Positions 39,655-52,390 of a stretch of 64,000 nucleotides of DNA are shown here, piece after piece. The DNA is from Octopus vulgaris (lineage: Eukaryota). The position numbers and the translations under genes are program-made. Each line of letters opens with the position of its first letter. Within the stretch, counting starts at the first letter, position 1. The notes under the pieces are model-generated. The model was not told where the DNA came from, did not search any database, and worked only from the letters and a program-made list of their open reading frames with translations. The stretch lies in the NCBI GenBank assembly GCA_951406725.2, contig OX597830.1, positions 60,822,001 to 60,886,000 on the forward strand, in the 5' to 3' direction.

Positions 39655-39800
39655 GCACTATGGCGTCTCTTCCCCAATGGCCTTCTGGGAAGAAGTGGAG
39701 GAGGAGGAGGAGACACGAAATAACGGGCCAACGAGACTTCGTTGAAAATAAAGCGAGAGGAGAAGGCGGCGGCGGAGGGGGGGGCGAGGACGAGGGATAT
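39655..39800 (-). promoter_or_regulatory. Probable promoter/TSS region of TDP-43 paralog A
   Basis: Local CpG/GC-rich patch about 350-480 nt upstream of the ATG, with YY1-like core CGCCAT (plus strand atggcg, 39660-39665). Confidence 0.5.
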
Positions 39801-39927
39801 TATACATATGTATATATGTGTATATGTGTGTGTGTGTAAATGTCAGTACGACGAATATACATGTATATACATTTGTGTGTGTGTGTGTCTCTCTCTCTCT
39901 CTCTCTATCTATATATATATATATACA

Positions 39928-40021
39928 TACTAGCAGTATCGCCCGGCGTTGCTCGGATTTGTAAGGGAAATAACTGTATAAGCATTTCTAGAGAGTTATA
40001 GCCATGTATATACATTTGTCC

Positions 40022-40061
<40 letters not shown>

Positions 40062-40140
40062 CGCCCGGCGTTGCTCGGGTTTGTAAGGGAAATAACTATA
40101 TAAGCATTTCTAGAGACTTATAGCCATGTATATACATTTG

Positions 40141-40177
<37 letters not shown>

Positions 40178-40573
40178 CTAGCAGTATCGCCCGGCGTTCC
40201 TCGGGTTTGTAAGGGAAATAACTATATGAGCATTTCTAGAGAGTTATAGCCAAAAAATAGCAAAAAAATGCATTAAAAATGGAAAAAAAATGATGGTAAA
40301 TTTTTTTTAAATCGTTGACTCATCGTAGACATTTTTAGAGAGTTACTTCCCTTATATAATAGCGAAAAATGCATTAAAATGGAAAAAATGATGGTAAATT
40401 TTTTTTTAAATTGTAGACTCATCGTAGATGCGCGCTAATACCCAGAAGGGCTCGATATGAATCACGACTATAAGATACCCGGTTTTGGTTAAACTGCACC
40501 GCAAAATGTGGGAGTAGTTAGGAATCTAAATCGTAGGAGACAGACACACAGCTTCACTTTTATATATAAAGAT
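39928..40573. mobile_element. Helentron/DINE-like non-autonomous element with triplicated end
   Basis: tactagcagtatcgcccggcgttgctcggg hairpin end repeated near 39928, 40060, 40176; other end cttttatatataaagat. Confidence 0.65.
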
Positions 40574-40816
40574 TTATATATATATATATATAAAGTTAAT
40601 CCAAACAAGAAAACACCAAAAAAACACAGCAACGCGAGGACGTGGAACAAATATAGTATTATTGGACGCTCAGGGAAGAAGGAGTATTTAACATTTCGAG
40701 CGGAGCTCTTCGTCGGAAGCATAAGAGAAGGAAAGATCCCGAGAAGGGAAGACAGAGGGAAAAAAATCGCCAGTGGTACTCGTGTGTGCGTGTATGTAAA
40801 CATACATCTGGATACA

Positions 40817-41020
40817 TACTCTTTTTACTCGTTTCAGTCATTTGACTGAGGTCCATGCTGGAGCACCGCCTTTAATCGAGCAACTCGACCCCGGGACTTA
40901 TTCTTTTGTAAGCCCAGTACTTATTCTATCGGTCTCTTTTGCCGAACCGCTAAGTTACGGGGACATAAACACACCAGCGTCGGTTGTCAAGCAATGCTAG
41001 GGGGACAAACACACACACGC
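40817..41020 (-). mobile_element. 3' half of the SINE interrupted by the hammerhead array
   Basis: Reverse complement of SINE positions about 17220-17395. Confidence 0.88.
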
Positions 41021-41045
<25 letters not shown>

Positions 41046-41052
<7 letters not shown>

Positions 41053-44000
41053 TTAATAAGGGTGAGAGAATTAGATACTAATTTAATAGTATATTTATTC
41101 AACACCAAGTGGCCTAGTGCTCCGAGAAACCTGGATTATTATAATATTTTATAACATATTATAATATTTTTACAAAATAAATATAAGAGAGTGGTCACTA
41201 TATTGCTCACTCTAGCACCAGTTAATCCAAAAGGTTTCAACCACGAAAATACATGTTTCCCATGAAAGTCAGTACGATTGTTAGCTCACACGGACAGGGC
41301 AAATAAAAAATAACAAAAATACAGATTATTTTGGGACAATTGTTTCGCTATTAATGAATTAAATGTAATTTTACTTACAAAAAAAATCCATTTGTAGCTC
41401 GTCAGCCAAAACTATCTGGATGAAATCCACTCAATCACACGCCAGATTTTACCATAACGATAAATACGCGTGTGGTTCAATTGATTACATCCGACGTTAT
41501 AATTCAAATGCCCCAACCAACAGCGCGCCAAACTTTCACGGAAAACAAATACAGCATTTAGAAATAAATGCAGCATAATTATAATTAATTAATAAGGGTG
41601 AGAGAATTAGATACTAATTTAATAGTATATTTATTCAACACCAAGTGGCCTAGTGCTCCGAGAAACCTGGATTATTATAATATTTTATAACATATTATAA
41701 TATTTTTACAAAATAAATATAAGAGAGTGGTCACTATATTGCTCACTCTAGCACCAGTTAATCCAAAAGGTTTCAACCACGAAAATACATGTTTCCCATG
41801 AAAGTCAGTACGATTGTTAGCTCACACGGACAGGGCAAATAAAAAATAACAAAAATACAGATTATTTTGGGACAATTGTTTCGCTATTAATGAATTAAAT
41901 GTAATTTTACTTACAAAAAAAATCCATTTGTAGCTCGTCAGCCAAAACTATCTGGATGAAATCCACTCAATCACACGCCAGATTTTACCATAACGATAAA
42001 TACGCGTGTGGTTCAATTGATTACATCCGACGTTATAATTCAAATGCCCCAACCAACAGCGCGCCAAACTTTCACGGAAAACAAATACAGCATTTAGAAA
42101 TAAATGCAGCATAATTATAATTAATTAATAAGGGTGAGAGAATTAGATACTAATTTAATAGTATATTTATTCAACACCAAGTGGCCTAGTGCTCCGAGAA
42201 ACCTGGATTATTATAATATTTTATAACATATTATAATATTTTTACAAAATAAATATAAGAGAGTGGTCACTATATTGCTCACTCTAGCACCAGTTAATCC
42301 AAAAGGTTTCAACCACGAAAATACATGTTTCCCATGAAAGTCAGTACGATTGTTAGCTCACACGGACAGGGCAAATAAAAAATAACAAAAATACAGATTA
42401 TTTTGGGACAATTGTTTCGCTATTAATGAATTAAATGTAATTTTACTTACAAAAAAAATCCATTTGTAGCTCGTCAGCCAAAACTATCTGGATGAAATCC
42501 ACTCAATCACACGCCAGATTTTACCATAACGATAAATACGCGTGTGGTTCAATTGATTACATCCGACGTTATAATTCAAATGCCCCAACCAACAGCGCGC
42601 CAAACTTTCACGGAAAACAAATACAGCATTTAGAAATAAATGCAGCATAATTATAATTAATTAATAAGGGTGAGAGAATTAGATACTAATTTAATAGTAT
42701 ATTTATTCAACACCAAGTGGCCTAGTGCTCCGAGAAACCTGGATTATTATAATATTTTATAACATATTATAATATTTTTACAAAATAAATATAAGAGAGT
42801 GGTCACTATATTGCTCACTCTAGCACCAGTTAATCCAAAAGGTTTCAACCACGAAAATACATGTTTCCCATGAAAGTCAGTACGATTGTTAGCTCACACG
42901 GACAGGGCAAATAAAAAATAACAAAAATACAGATTATTTTGGGACAATTGTTTCGCTATTAATGAATTAAATGTAATTTTACTTACAAAAAAAATCCATT
43001 TGTAGCTCGTCAGCCAAAACTATCTGGATGAAATCCACTCAATCACACGCCAGATTTTACCATAACGATAAATACGCGTGTGGTTCAATTGATTACATCC
43101 GACGTTATAATTCAAATGCCCCAACCAACAGCGCGCCAAACTTTCACGGAAAACAAATACAGCATTTAGAAATAAATGCAGCATAATTATAATTAATTAA
43201 TAAGGGTGAGAGAATTAGATACTAATTTAATAGTATATTTATTCAACACCAAGTGGCCTAGTGCTCCGAGAAACCTGGATTATTATAATATTTTATAACA
43301 TATTATAATATTTTTACAAAATAAATATAAGAGAGTGGTCACTATATTGCTCACTCTAGCACCAGTTAATCCAAAAGGTTTCAACCACGAAAATACATGT
43401 TTCCCATGAAAGTCAGTACGATTGTTAGCTCACACGGACAGGGCAAATAAAAAATAACAAAAATACAGATTATTTTGGGACAATTGTTTCGCTATTAATG
43501 AATTAAATGTAATTTTACTTACAAAAAAATCCATTTGTAGCTCGTCAGCCAAAACTATCTGGATGAAATCCACTCAATCACACGCCAGATTTTACCATAA
43601 CGATAAATACGCGTGTGGTTCAATTGATTACATCCGACGTTATAATTCAAATGCCCCAACCAACAGCGCGCCAAACTTTCACGGAAAACAAATACAGCAT
43701 TTAGAAATAAATGCAGCATAATTATAATTAATTAATAAGGGTGAGAGAATTAGATACTAATTTAATAGTATATTTATTCAACACCAAGTGGCCTAGTGCT
43801 CCGAGAAACCTGGATTATTATAATATTTTATAACATATTATAATATTTTTACAAAATAAATATAAGAGAGTGGTCACTATATTGCTCACTCTAGCACCAG
43901 TTAATCCAAAAGGTTTCAACCACGAAAATACATGTTTCCCATGAAAGTCAGTACGATTGTTAGCTCACACGGACAGGGCAAATAAAAAATAACAAAAATA

Positions 44001-47000
44001 CAGATTATTTTGGGACAATTGTTTCGCTATTAATGAATTAAATGTAATTTTACTTACAAAAAAAATCCATTTGTAGCTCGTCAGCCAAAACTATCTGGAT
44101 GAAATCCACTCAATCACACGCCAGATTTTACCATAACGATAAATACGCGTGTGGTTCAATTGATTACATCCGACGTTATAATTCAAATGCCCCAACCAAC
44201 AGCGCGCCAAACTTTCACGGAAAACAAATACAGCATTTAGAAATAAATGCAGCATAATTATAATTAATTAATAAGGGTGAGAGAATTAGATACTAATTTA
44301 ATAGTATATTTATTCAACACCAAGTGGCCTAGTGCTCCGAGAAACCTGGATTATTATAATATTTTATAACATATTATAATATTTTTACAAAATAAATATA
44401 AGAGAGTGGTCACTATATTGCTCACTCTAGCACCAGTTAATCCAAAAGGTTTCAACCACGAAAATACATGTTTCCCATGAAAGTCAGTACGATTGTTAGC
44501 TCACACGGACAGGGCAAATAAAAAATAACAAAAATACAGATTATTTTGGGACAATTGTTTCGCTATTAATGAATTAAATGTAATTTTACTTACAAAAAAA
44601 TCCATTTGTAGCTCGTCAGCCAAAACTATCTGGATGAAATCCACTCAATCACACGCCAGATTTTACCATAACGATAAATACGCGTGTGGTTCAATTGATT
44701 ACATCCGACGTTATAATTCAAATGCCCCAACCAACAGCGCGCCAAACTTTCACGGAAAACAAATACAGCATTTAGAAATAAATGCAGCATAATTATAATT
44801 AATTAATAAGGGTGAGAGAATTAGATACTAATTTAATAGTATATTTATTCAACACCAAGTGGCCTAGTGCTCCGAGAAACCTGGATTATTATAATATTTT
44901 ATAACATATTATAATATTTTTACAAAATAAATATAAGAGAGTGGTCACTATATTGCTCACTCTAGCACCAGTTAATCCAAAAGGTTTCAACCACGAAAAT
45001 ACATGTTTCCCATGAAAGTCAGTACGATTGTTAGCTCACACGGACAGGGCAAATAAAAAATAACAAAAATACAGATTATTTTGGGACAATTGTTTCGCTA
45101 TTAATGAATTAAATGTAATTTTACTTACAAAAAAATCCATTTGTAGCTCGTCAGCCAAAACTATCTGGATGAAATCCACTCAATCACACGCCAGATTTTA
45201 CCATAACGATAAATACGCGTGTGGTTCAATTGATTACATCCGACGTTATAATTCAAATGCCCCAACCAACAGCGCGCCAAACTTTCACGGAAAACAAATA
45301 CAGCATTTAGAAATAAATGCAGCATAATTATAATTAATTAATAAGGGTGAGAGAATTAGATACTAATTTAATAGTATATTTATTCAACACCAAGTGGCCT
45401 AGTGCTCCGAGAAACCTGGATTATTATAATATTTTATAACATATTATAATATTTTTACAAAATAAATATAAGAGAGTGGTCACTATATTGCTCACTCTAG
45501 CACCAGTTAATCCAAAAGGTTTCAACCACGAAAATACATGTTTCCCATGAAAGTCAGTACGATTGTTAGCTCACACGGACAGGGCAAATAAAAAATAACA
45601 AAAATACAGATTATTTTGGGACAATTGTTTCGCTATTAATGAATTAAATGTAATTTTACTTACAAAAAAATCCATTTGTAGCTCGTCAGCCAAAACTATC
45701 TGGATGAAATCCACTCAATCACACGCCAGATTTTACCATAACGATAAATACGCGTGTGGTTCAATTGATTACATCCGACGTTATAATTCAAATGCCCCAA
45801 CCAACAGCGCGCCAAACTTTCACGGAAAACAAATACAGCATTTAGAAATAAATGCAGCATAATTATAATTAATTAATAAGGGTGAGAGAATTAGATACTA
45901 ATTTAATAGTATATTTATTCAACACCAAGTGGCCTAGTGCTCCGAGAAACCTGGATTATTATAATATTTTATAACATATTATAATATTTTTACAAAATAA
46001 ATATAAGAGAGTGGTCACTATATTGCTCACTCTAGCACCAGTTAATCCAAAAGGTTTCAACCACGAAAATACATGTTTCCCATGAAAGTCAGTACGATTG
46101 TTAGCTCACACGGACAGGGCAAATAAAAAATAACAAAAATACAGATTATTTTGGGACAATTGTTTCGCTATTAATGAATTAAATGTAATTTTACTTACAA
46201 AAAAAATCCATTTGTAGCTCGTCAGCCAAAACTATCTGGATGAAATCCACTCAATCACACGCCAGATTTTACCATAACGATAAATACGCGTGTGGTTCAA
46301 TTGATTACATCCGACGTTATAATTCAAATGCCCCAACCAACAGCGCGCCAAACTTTCACGGAAAACAAATACAGCATTTAGAAATAAATGCAGCATAATT
46401 ATAATTAATTAATAAGGGTGAGAGAATTAGATACTAATTTAATAGTATATTTATTCAACACCAAGTGGCCTAGTGCTCCGAGAAACCTGGATTATTATAA
46501 TATTTTATAACATATTATAATATTTTTACAAAATAAATATAAGAGAGTGGTCACTATATTGCTCACTCTAGCACCAGTTAATCCAAAAGGTTTCAACCAC
46601 GAAAATACATGTTTCCCATGAAAGTCAGTACGATTGTTAGCTCACACGGACAGGGCAAATAAAAAATAACAAAAATACAGATTATTTTGGGACAATTGTT
46701 TCGCTATTAATGAATTAAATGTAATTTTACTTACAAAAAAAATCCATTTGTAGCTCGTCAGCCAAAACTATCTGGATGAAATCCACTCAATCACACGCCA
46801 GATTTTACCATAACGATAAATACGCGTGTGGTTCAATTGATTACATCCGACGTTATAATTCAAATGCCCCAACCAACAGCGCGCCAAACTTTCACGGAAA
46901 ACAAATACAGCATTTAGAAATAAATGCAGCATAATTATAATTAATTAATAAGGGTGAGAGAATTAGATACTAATTTAATAGTATATTTATTCAACACCAA

Positions 47001-47042
47001 GTGGCCTAGTGCTCCGAGAAACCTGGATTATTATAATATTTT
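41046..47042 (-). repeat. Tandem array, 11 full 535-536 nt units plus a partial unit, hammerhead on the minus strand
   Basis: Unit marker gggtgagag at 41060, 41596, 42132, 42668, 43204, 43739, 44275, 44810, 45345, 45880, 46416, 46952; by eye units differ only in an A7/A8 run. Confidence 0.98.
41322..41418 (-). ncRNA. Type I hammerhead ribozyme, first of 11 minus-strand copies (others start near 41858, 42394, 42930, 43466, 44001, 44537, 45072, 45607, 46142, 46678)
   Basis: CAGAUAGUUUUGG-CUGACGA-GCUA(long hairpin)UAGC-GAAA-CAAUUG-UC^CCAAAAUAAUCUG: full core, helix I UUUUGG/CCAAAA plus CAGAU/AUCUG, palindromic helix III. Confidence 0.92.
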
Positions 47043-47388
47043 GGATTAACTGGTGCTAGAGTGAGCAATATAGTGACCACTCTCTTATATTTATTTTGTA
47101 AAAATATTATAATATGTTATAAAATATTATAATAATCCAGGTTTCTCGGAGCACTAGGCCACTTGGTGTTGAATAAATATACTATTAAATTAGTATCTAA
47201 TTCTCTCACCCTTATTAATTAATTATAATTATGCTGCATTTATTTCTAAATGCTGTATTTGTTTTCCGTGAAAGTTTGGCGCGCTGTTGGTTGGGGCATT
47301 TGAATTATAACGTCGGATGTAATCAATTGAACCACACGCGTATTTATCGTTATGGTAAAATCTGGCGTGTGATTGAGTGGATTTCATC

Positions 47389-47484
47389 CAGATAGTTTTG
47401 GCTGACGAGCTACAAATGGATTTTTTTGTAAGTAAAATTACATTTAATTCATTAATAGCGAAACAATTGTCCCAAAATAATCTG
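47389..47484 (+). ncRNA. Type I hammerhead ribozyme; predicted cleavage after C47471
   Basis: CTGACGA 47402-47408, GAAA 47460-47463, CAATTGTC 47464-47471, helix I arms flanking. Confidence 0.92.
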
Positions 47485-47923
47485 TATTTTTGTTATTTTT
47501 TATTTGCCCTGTCCGTGTGAGCTAACAATCGTACTGACTTTCATGGGAAACATGTATTTTCGTGGTTGAAACCTTTTGGATTAACTGGTGCTAGAGTGAG
47601 CAATATAGTGACCACTCTCTTATATTTATTTTGTAAAAATATTATAATATGTTATAAAATATTATAATAATCCAGGTTTCTCGGAGCACTAGGCCACTTG
47701 GTGTTGAATAAATATACTATTAAATTAGTATCTAATTCTCTCACCCTTATTAATTAATTATAATTATGCTGCATTTATTTCTAAATGCTGTATTTGTTTT
47801 CCGTGAAAGTTTGGCGCGCTGTTGGTTGGGGCATTTGAATTATAACGTCGGATGTAATCAATTGAACCACACGCGTATTTATCGTTATGGTAAAATCTGG
47901 CGTGTGATTGAGTGGATTTCATC

Positions 47924-48020
47924 CAGATAGTTTTGGCTGACGAGCTACAAATGGATTTTTTTTGTAAGTAAAATTACATTTAATTCATTAATAGCGAAAC
48001 AATTGTCCCAAAATAATCTG
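47924..48020 (+). ncRNA. Type I hammerhead ribozyme
   Basis: Same motif as 47389-47484. Confidence 0.9.
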
Positions 48021-48459
48021 TATTTTTGTTATTTTTTATTTGCCCTGTCCGTGTGAGCTAACAATCGTACTGACTTTCATGGGAAACATGTATTTTCGTG
48101 GTTGAAACCTTTTGGATTAACTGGTGCTAGAGTGAGCAATATAGTGACCACTCTCTTATATTTATTTTGTAAAAATATTATAATATGTTATAAAATATTA
48201 TAATAATCCAGGTTTCTCGGAGCACTAGGCCACTTGGTGTTGAATAAATATACTATTAAATTAGTATCTAATTCTCTCACCCTTATTAATTAATTATAAT
48301 TATGCTGCATTTATTTCTAAATGCTGTATTTGTTTTCCGTGAAAGTTTGGCGCGCTGTTGGTTGGGGCATTTGAATTATAACGTCGGATGTAATCAATTG
48401 AACCACACGCGTATTTATCGTTATGGTAAAATCTGGCGTGTGATTGAGTGGATTTCATC

Positions 48460-48557
48460 CAGATAGTTTTGGCTGACGAGCTACAAATGGATTTTTTTTT
48501 GTAAGTAAAATTACATTTAATTCATTAATAGCGAAACAATTGTCCCAAAATAATCTG
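48460..48557 (+). ncRNA. Type I hammerhead ribozyme
   Basis: Same motif, with a longer U-run in helix II. Confidence 0.9.
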
Positions 48558-48996
48558 TATTTTTGTTATTTTTTATTTGCCCTGTCCGTGTGAGCTAACA
48601 ATCGTTCTGACTTTCATGGGAAACATGTATTTTCGTGGTAGAAACCTTTTGGATTAACTGGTGCTAGAGTGAGCAATATAGTGACCACTCTCTTATATTT
48701 ATTTTGTAAAAATATTATAATATGTTATAAAATATTATAATAATCCAGGTTTCTCGGAGCACTAGGCCACTTGGTGTTGAATAAATATACTATTAAATTA
48801 GTATCTAATTCTCTCACCCTTATTAATTAATTATAATTATGCTGCATTTATTTCTAAATGCTGTATTTGTTTTCCGTGAAAGTTTGGCGCGCTGTTGGTT
48901 GGGGCATTTGAATTATAACGTCGGATGTAATCAATTGAACCACACGCGTATTTATCGTTATGGTAAAATCTGGCGTGTGATTGAGTGGATTTCATC

Positions 48997-49092
48997 CAGA
49001 TAGTTTTGGCTGACGAGCTACAAATGGATTTTTTTGTAAGTAAAATTACATTTAATTCATTAATAGCGAAACAATTGTCCCAAAATAATCTG
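48997..49092 (+). ncRNA. Type I hammerhead ribozyme
   Basis: Same motif as 47389-47484. Confidence 0.9.
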
Positions 49093-49239
49093 TATTTTTG
49101 TTATTTTTTATTTGCCCTGTCCGTGTGAGCTAACAATCGTACTGACTTTCATGGGAAACATGTATTTTCGTGGTTGAAACCTTTTGGATTAACTGGTGCT
49201 AGAGTGAGCAATATAGTGACCACTCTCTTATATTTATAT

Positions 49240-49302
<63 letters not shown>

Positions 49303-49304
<2 letters not shown>

Positions 49305-49425
49305 TACGACGGGCTTCTTTTCAGTTTCCGTCTACCAAATCCACTCACAAGGCTTTGGTCGGCCCGAGGCTATAGTAGAAGATACTTGCCCAAGGCGTCA
49401 CGCAGTGGGACTGAACCCGGAACCA
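49303..49425 (-). mobile_element. 5' half of the SINE interrupted by the hammerhead array
   Basis: Reverse complement of SINE positions about 17045-17168. Confidence 0.88.
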
Positions 49426-49987
49426 TACAAATGTTTATCTATATATATATATTTACATCAATTATGTGAATTTATGTGTATGTTTATAAACACATGCATA
49501 TATACATATGTATATACTTTTGTAAATATATGACACACACACACATATAGATAAATAAGTAAGGGTAAGATCTAAGGATCAAGGTGTAGGAAGTTAGTAA
49601 GCTTTAAGCAATCCGTCGAAGATATAAAAAACAACTTTCGTGAACAACAGTGGTTTATTGGTGCAGAAGGTTGTGAATTGTTTCTACATTTCGATCAAAT
49701 CTCCAACAAGTTAACATGGGATCTCCTAACGACAATGTAAACTTCATATAATCAAGGTATCCTTGGCCTGAAGTATGCTGTCTACTCTTTACTGAGGTTC
49801 CACTAGCTGTGAAATATATGTAACCTGAACTCTTTATCTACGCTATTTCCTAATTTTTACCTATTTGACATTTGAGTACTCAGAACACACACCTATTAGT
49901 TTGAGCCACCCGAGTGAAAACACTTCATATATAATATATATATATATACAAAAGAAGGTTTGAAAATGCAATTTAAAAGATGTTTAT

Positions 49988-50032
49988 TTACTTTACCGGT
50001 TTCACTCTTTAGAAAAAGATTGTCAAAAGTAA
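49988..50032 (-). ncRNA. Hammerhead-like motif with U3-A8 core
   Basis: UUACUU-UUGACAA-UCUUU(UUCU)AAAGA-GU-GAAA-CCGG-UA-AAGUAA. Confidence 0.55.
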
Positions 50033-50294
50033 CATGTAAAAGTTTGGTTGTGTTAATTATTGGCTGTCACAAAATGCTACAATACACATATACAGTCTTT
50101 GGTAACAAAGGCATGTTAAGGACATAAAATAGTTTAACAAGTTCATGAAAATATTGGGCACAAAAGATTCCAACATCAATACACATTCTCAAGAAAATGT
50201 TAAAGATAGTTTCCAGAACGAATTATTAAAAAGTTCAGTGGAATATTGGTATTGTATCTGTATATTCATACACGCACATATATATATGTATATA

Positions 50295-50354
<60 letters not shown>

Positions 50355-50545
50355 TGTATGTATATATACATATATTAATAGTTATCGCCAAGCTAATATG
50401 GCAGTCCAGAAAAATAGGACGAATGCTGCAGTTGATTAGCTCCAAGAGGCCATCGCCTCTAGCTTGCTAAGTGACACACAAACCTGTGTCTATTATAACC
50501 TTTGAACAGAGGAGAGGTCAGCAGCTTCCCCTTGCTGGTCTGGCA

Positions 50546-50588
50546 TCCACAGACTAGTTTCAACGTGTTTGCCTCTTATCAATGTGGA
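50546..50588 (-). ncRNA. Hammerhead-like motif with U3-A8 core and weak helix II
   Basis: UCCACA-UUGAUAA-GAGGCAAACACGUU-GAAA-CUAG-UC-UGUGGA. Confidence 0.55.
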
Positions 50589-51429
50589 GTAGCTGAACCC
50601 AGCAGGCGTCGCATATATATATATATATATATACGTGTGTGTGTGTGTGTGTGTGTGCATGTATGTATAGTCAAAATTTAGAGAAAACAAAAGACGAAGA
50701 CAGGTATTGGAACAACAAATAGGTGTTTTAGTTAAACACTCAGGAAGATGGGAAAAGTCTTTTACGCTTCGAGCCTATGCTCTTTGACAGAAAGGATTAA
50801 GAGGGCAAAAAAACAAAGAGAGAAAAAAATGTGCAGAGTTCTACAGATGAGCATATATATATATATATTGAATCTAGTGTAGTCTGCTTTTGAGCAGGTC
50901 CTGTGCATGGAACCTTCTCCAGCACTCTCTACATGACCTGGGTAGGTCTACACCCTCCTCTGCTGCCATTAAGTAAATTACTGGAACCTAGGCTACTGTG
51001 ACTAAACTAGGGGTGAATACTGGAGTGGTTTCCCATTGCCATTTCCTGGCAGGTGGGATTTGAACCTGGAATATTAGATAGCTAGAGGATATACTATAAA
51101 GCATTTCTGCTGAGAAGGGAAATAAAGAAAGCTTCTAACACTGCAAAAGTTTTTCACAAAACCTTTATATTTCGGGTACAAAAGCCTATCTTCTGAAGGA
51201 AGCAATCCAAGAAATGTGTTCTTACATCAAGCTTGTAATTTAATTTTAAACTGCTTGACACTTGCATTAGCTGCAGCAACTCTCCAGCTGTTGGTGCAAG
51301 CAATACATCACAGTGATTATATTTGCCACCAACAAAGTCCCACCACCATCACCACATAAAAATACAACACACCTACCACGATAAAGAGTTGAAGAGTTAT
51401 TTGCACCAACAATTAGTGAGTTGCTGCTG

Positions 51430-52390
51430 TTGTTGTTGTTTAACAACTACTGGCTGGATAGTTGGTTAGTGCAGCTCCTCAATCACCACCTGCTTCTCCA
51501 CCATCCTCAGCCATTTCTCCCACACCTTGAGTGCCAGTCTGGGTTCTTTCGCAATCGCCTCGGGGTCCGTCAGCTGACTGCAGATCGACGGATGGATAGC
51601 TGGGCACACCAACATCATGTGTTCTCCCGTTTCTTCGCCCATTTTGCAATTGCAGCAAATAGGGTCCTCAATTCTTTCAATCTTGTGCTGCCAGCTTCTC
51701 AAATCCGGATGGTGGTCGCTTCGCAATCTGCTAAGCGTGACTTGTTCTTGGCGAGTCAACTGTCGTTCCTCAATGCGATTGAGCTTTTCTTCTCTTTCAC
51801 CATAAATGTTTCGCAACTGTTCATGCTGCATTGGAGGGCTTCTTATCGATCGTCTGATAGCCGCCTTTGCTGCTGCATAATGCCAATCTGTCCCCTCTTG
51901 ATCTTCTTCAGATCCTTCCGCCAGCTAATTCCCTACGATCCCACGATGACTGGGGCACCACGTGAACATCAGGTCGCATTCTTGTTGATGAAGAGAGTGG
52001 AGTAACTCAACAACTTCTCTTTGATCACCATCTTGTAAGGGACTGGAGGGGTTCAAGCTCTTCAGCCTTAGGAGCACTGCCTTGTTGTCGCTAACAATTC
52101 GGACCTTCTTTCCACTGCAACCATTGATTAAGAGGTTCAGGGCTTGCTTCATGGCTTTCATCTCCGATTGGTATGAAGAGCACCATTTTCCCCCCGGCAG
52201 TGTCATTGCTGAAACTATTCTCAGCTCTGACGGTCAACCCGTTGTGGTGATGACACCGGCTCCTCCGTTTTGATTTTCTGATGACGTTGACCTGTCCATG
52301 TAGATTGTCAAGTCAAACTCCTCCCAGTCTTTGTTCAATCTAGTGATGGTGTTCCACTGATCTTTCTCACTATCGGTTGACTTCTCCCCT
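51430..52390 (-). mobile_element. Non-LTR retrotransposon 3' part with RNase H and CCHC finger (I-group-like), disrupted
   Basis: SSYQSEMKAM...IVSDNKAVL...WCPSHRGIVGN; LSRLRSDH...CCNCKMGEETGEHMMLVCP; (CAA)n tail. Confidence 0.85.

Larger units (their letters stand above)
47043..49235 (+). repeat. Inverted continuation of the same array, about 4 units, hammerhead on the plus strand
   Basis: Reverse complement of the unit; ggattaactgg at 47043, 47578, 48114, 48651, 49186; ends in (TA)n. Confidence 0.98.

Noticed and set aside
41046-49235. CRISPR-like array or coding tandem gene
   Set aside because: No unique spacers, eukaryotic context, and no ORF of 60 aa or more in the unit.
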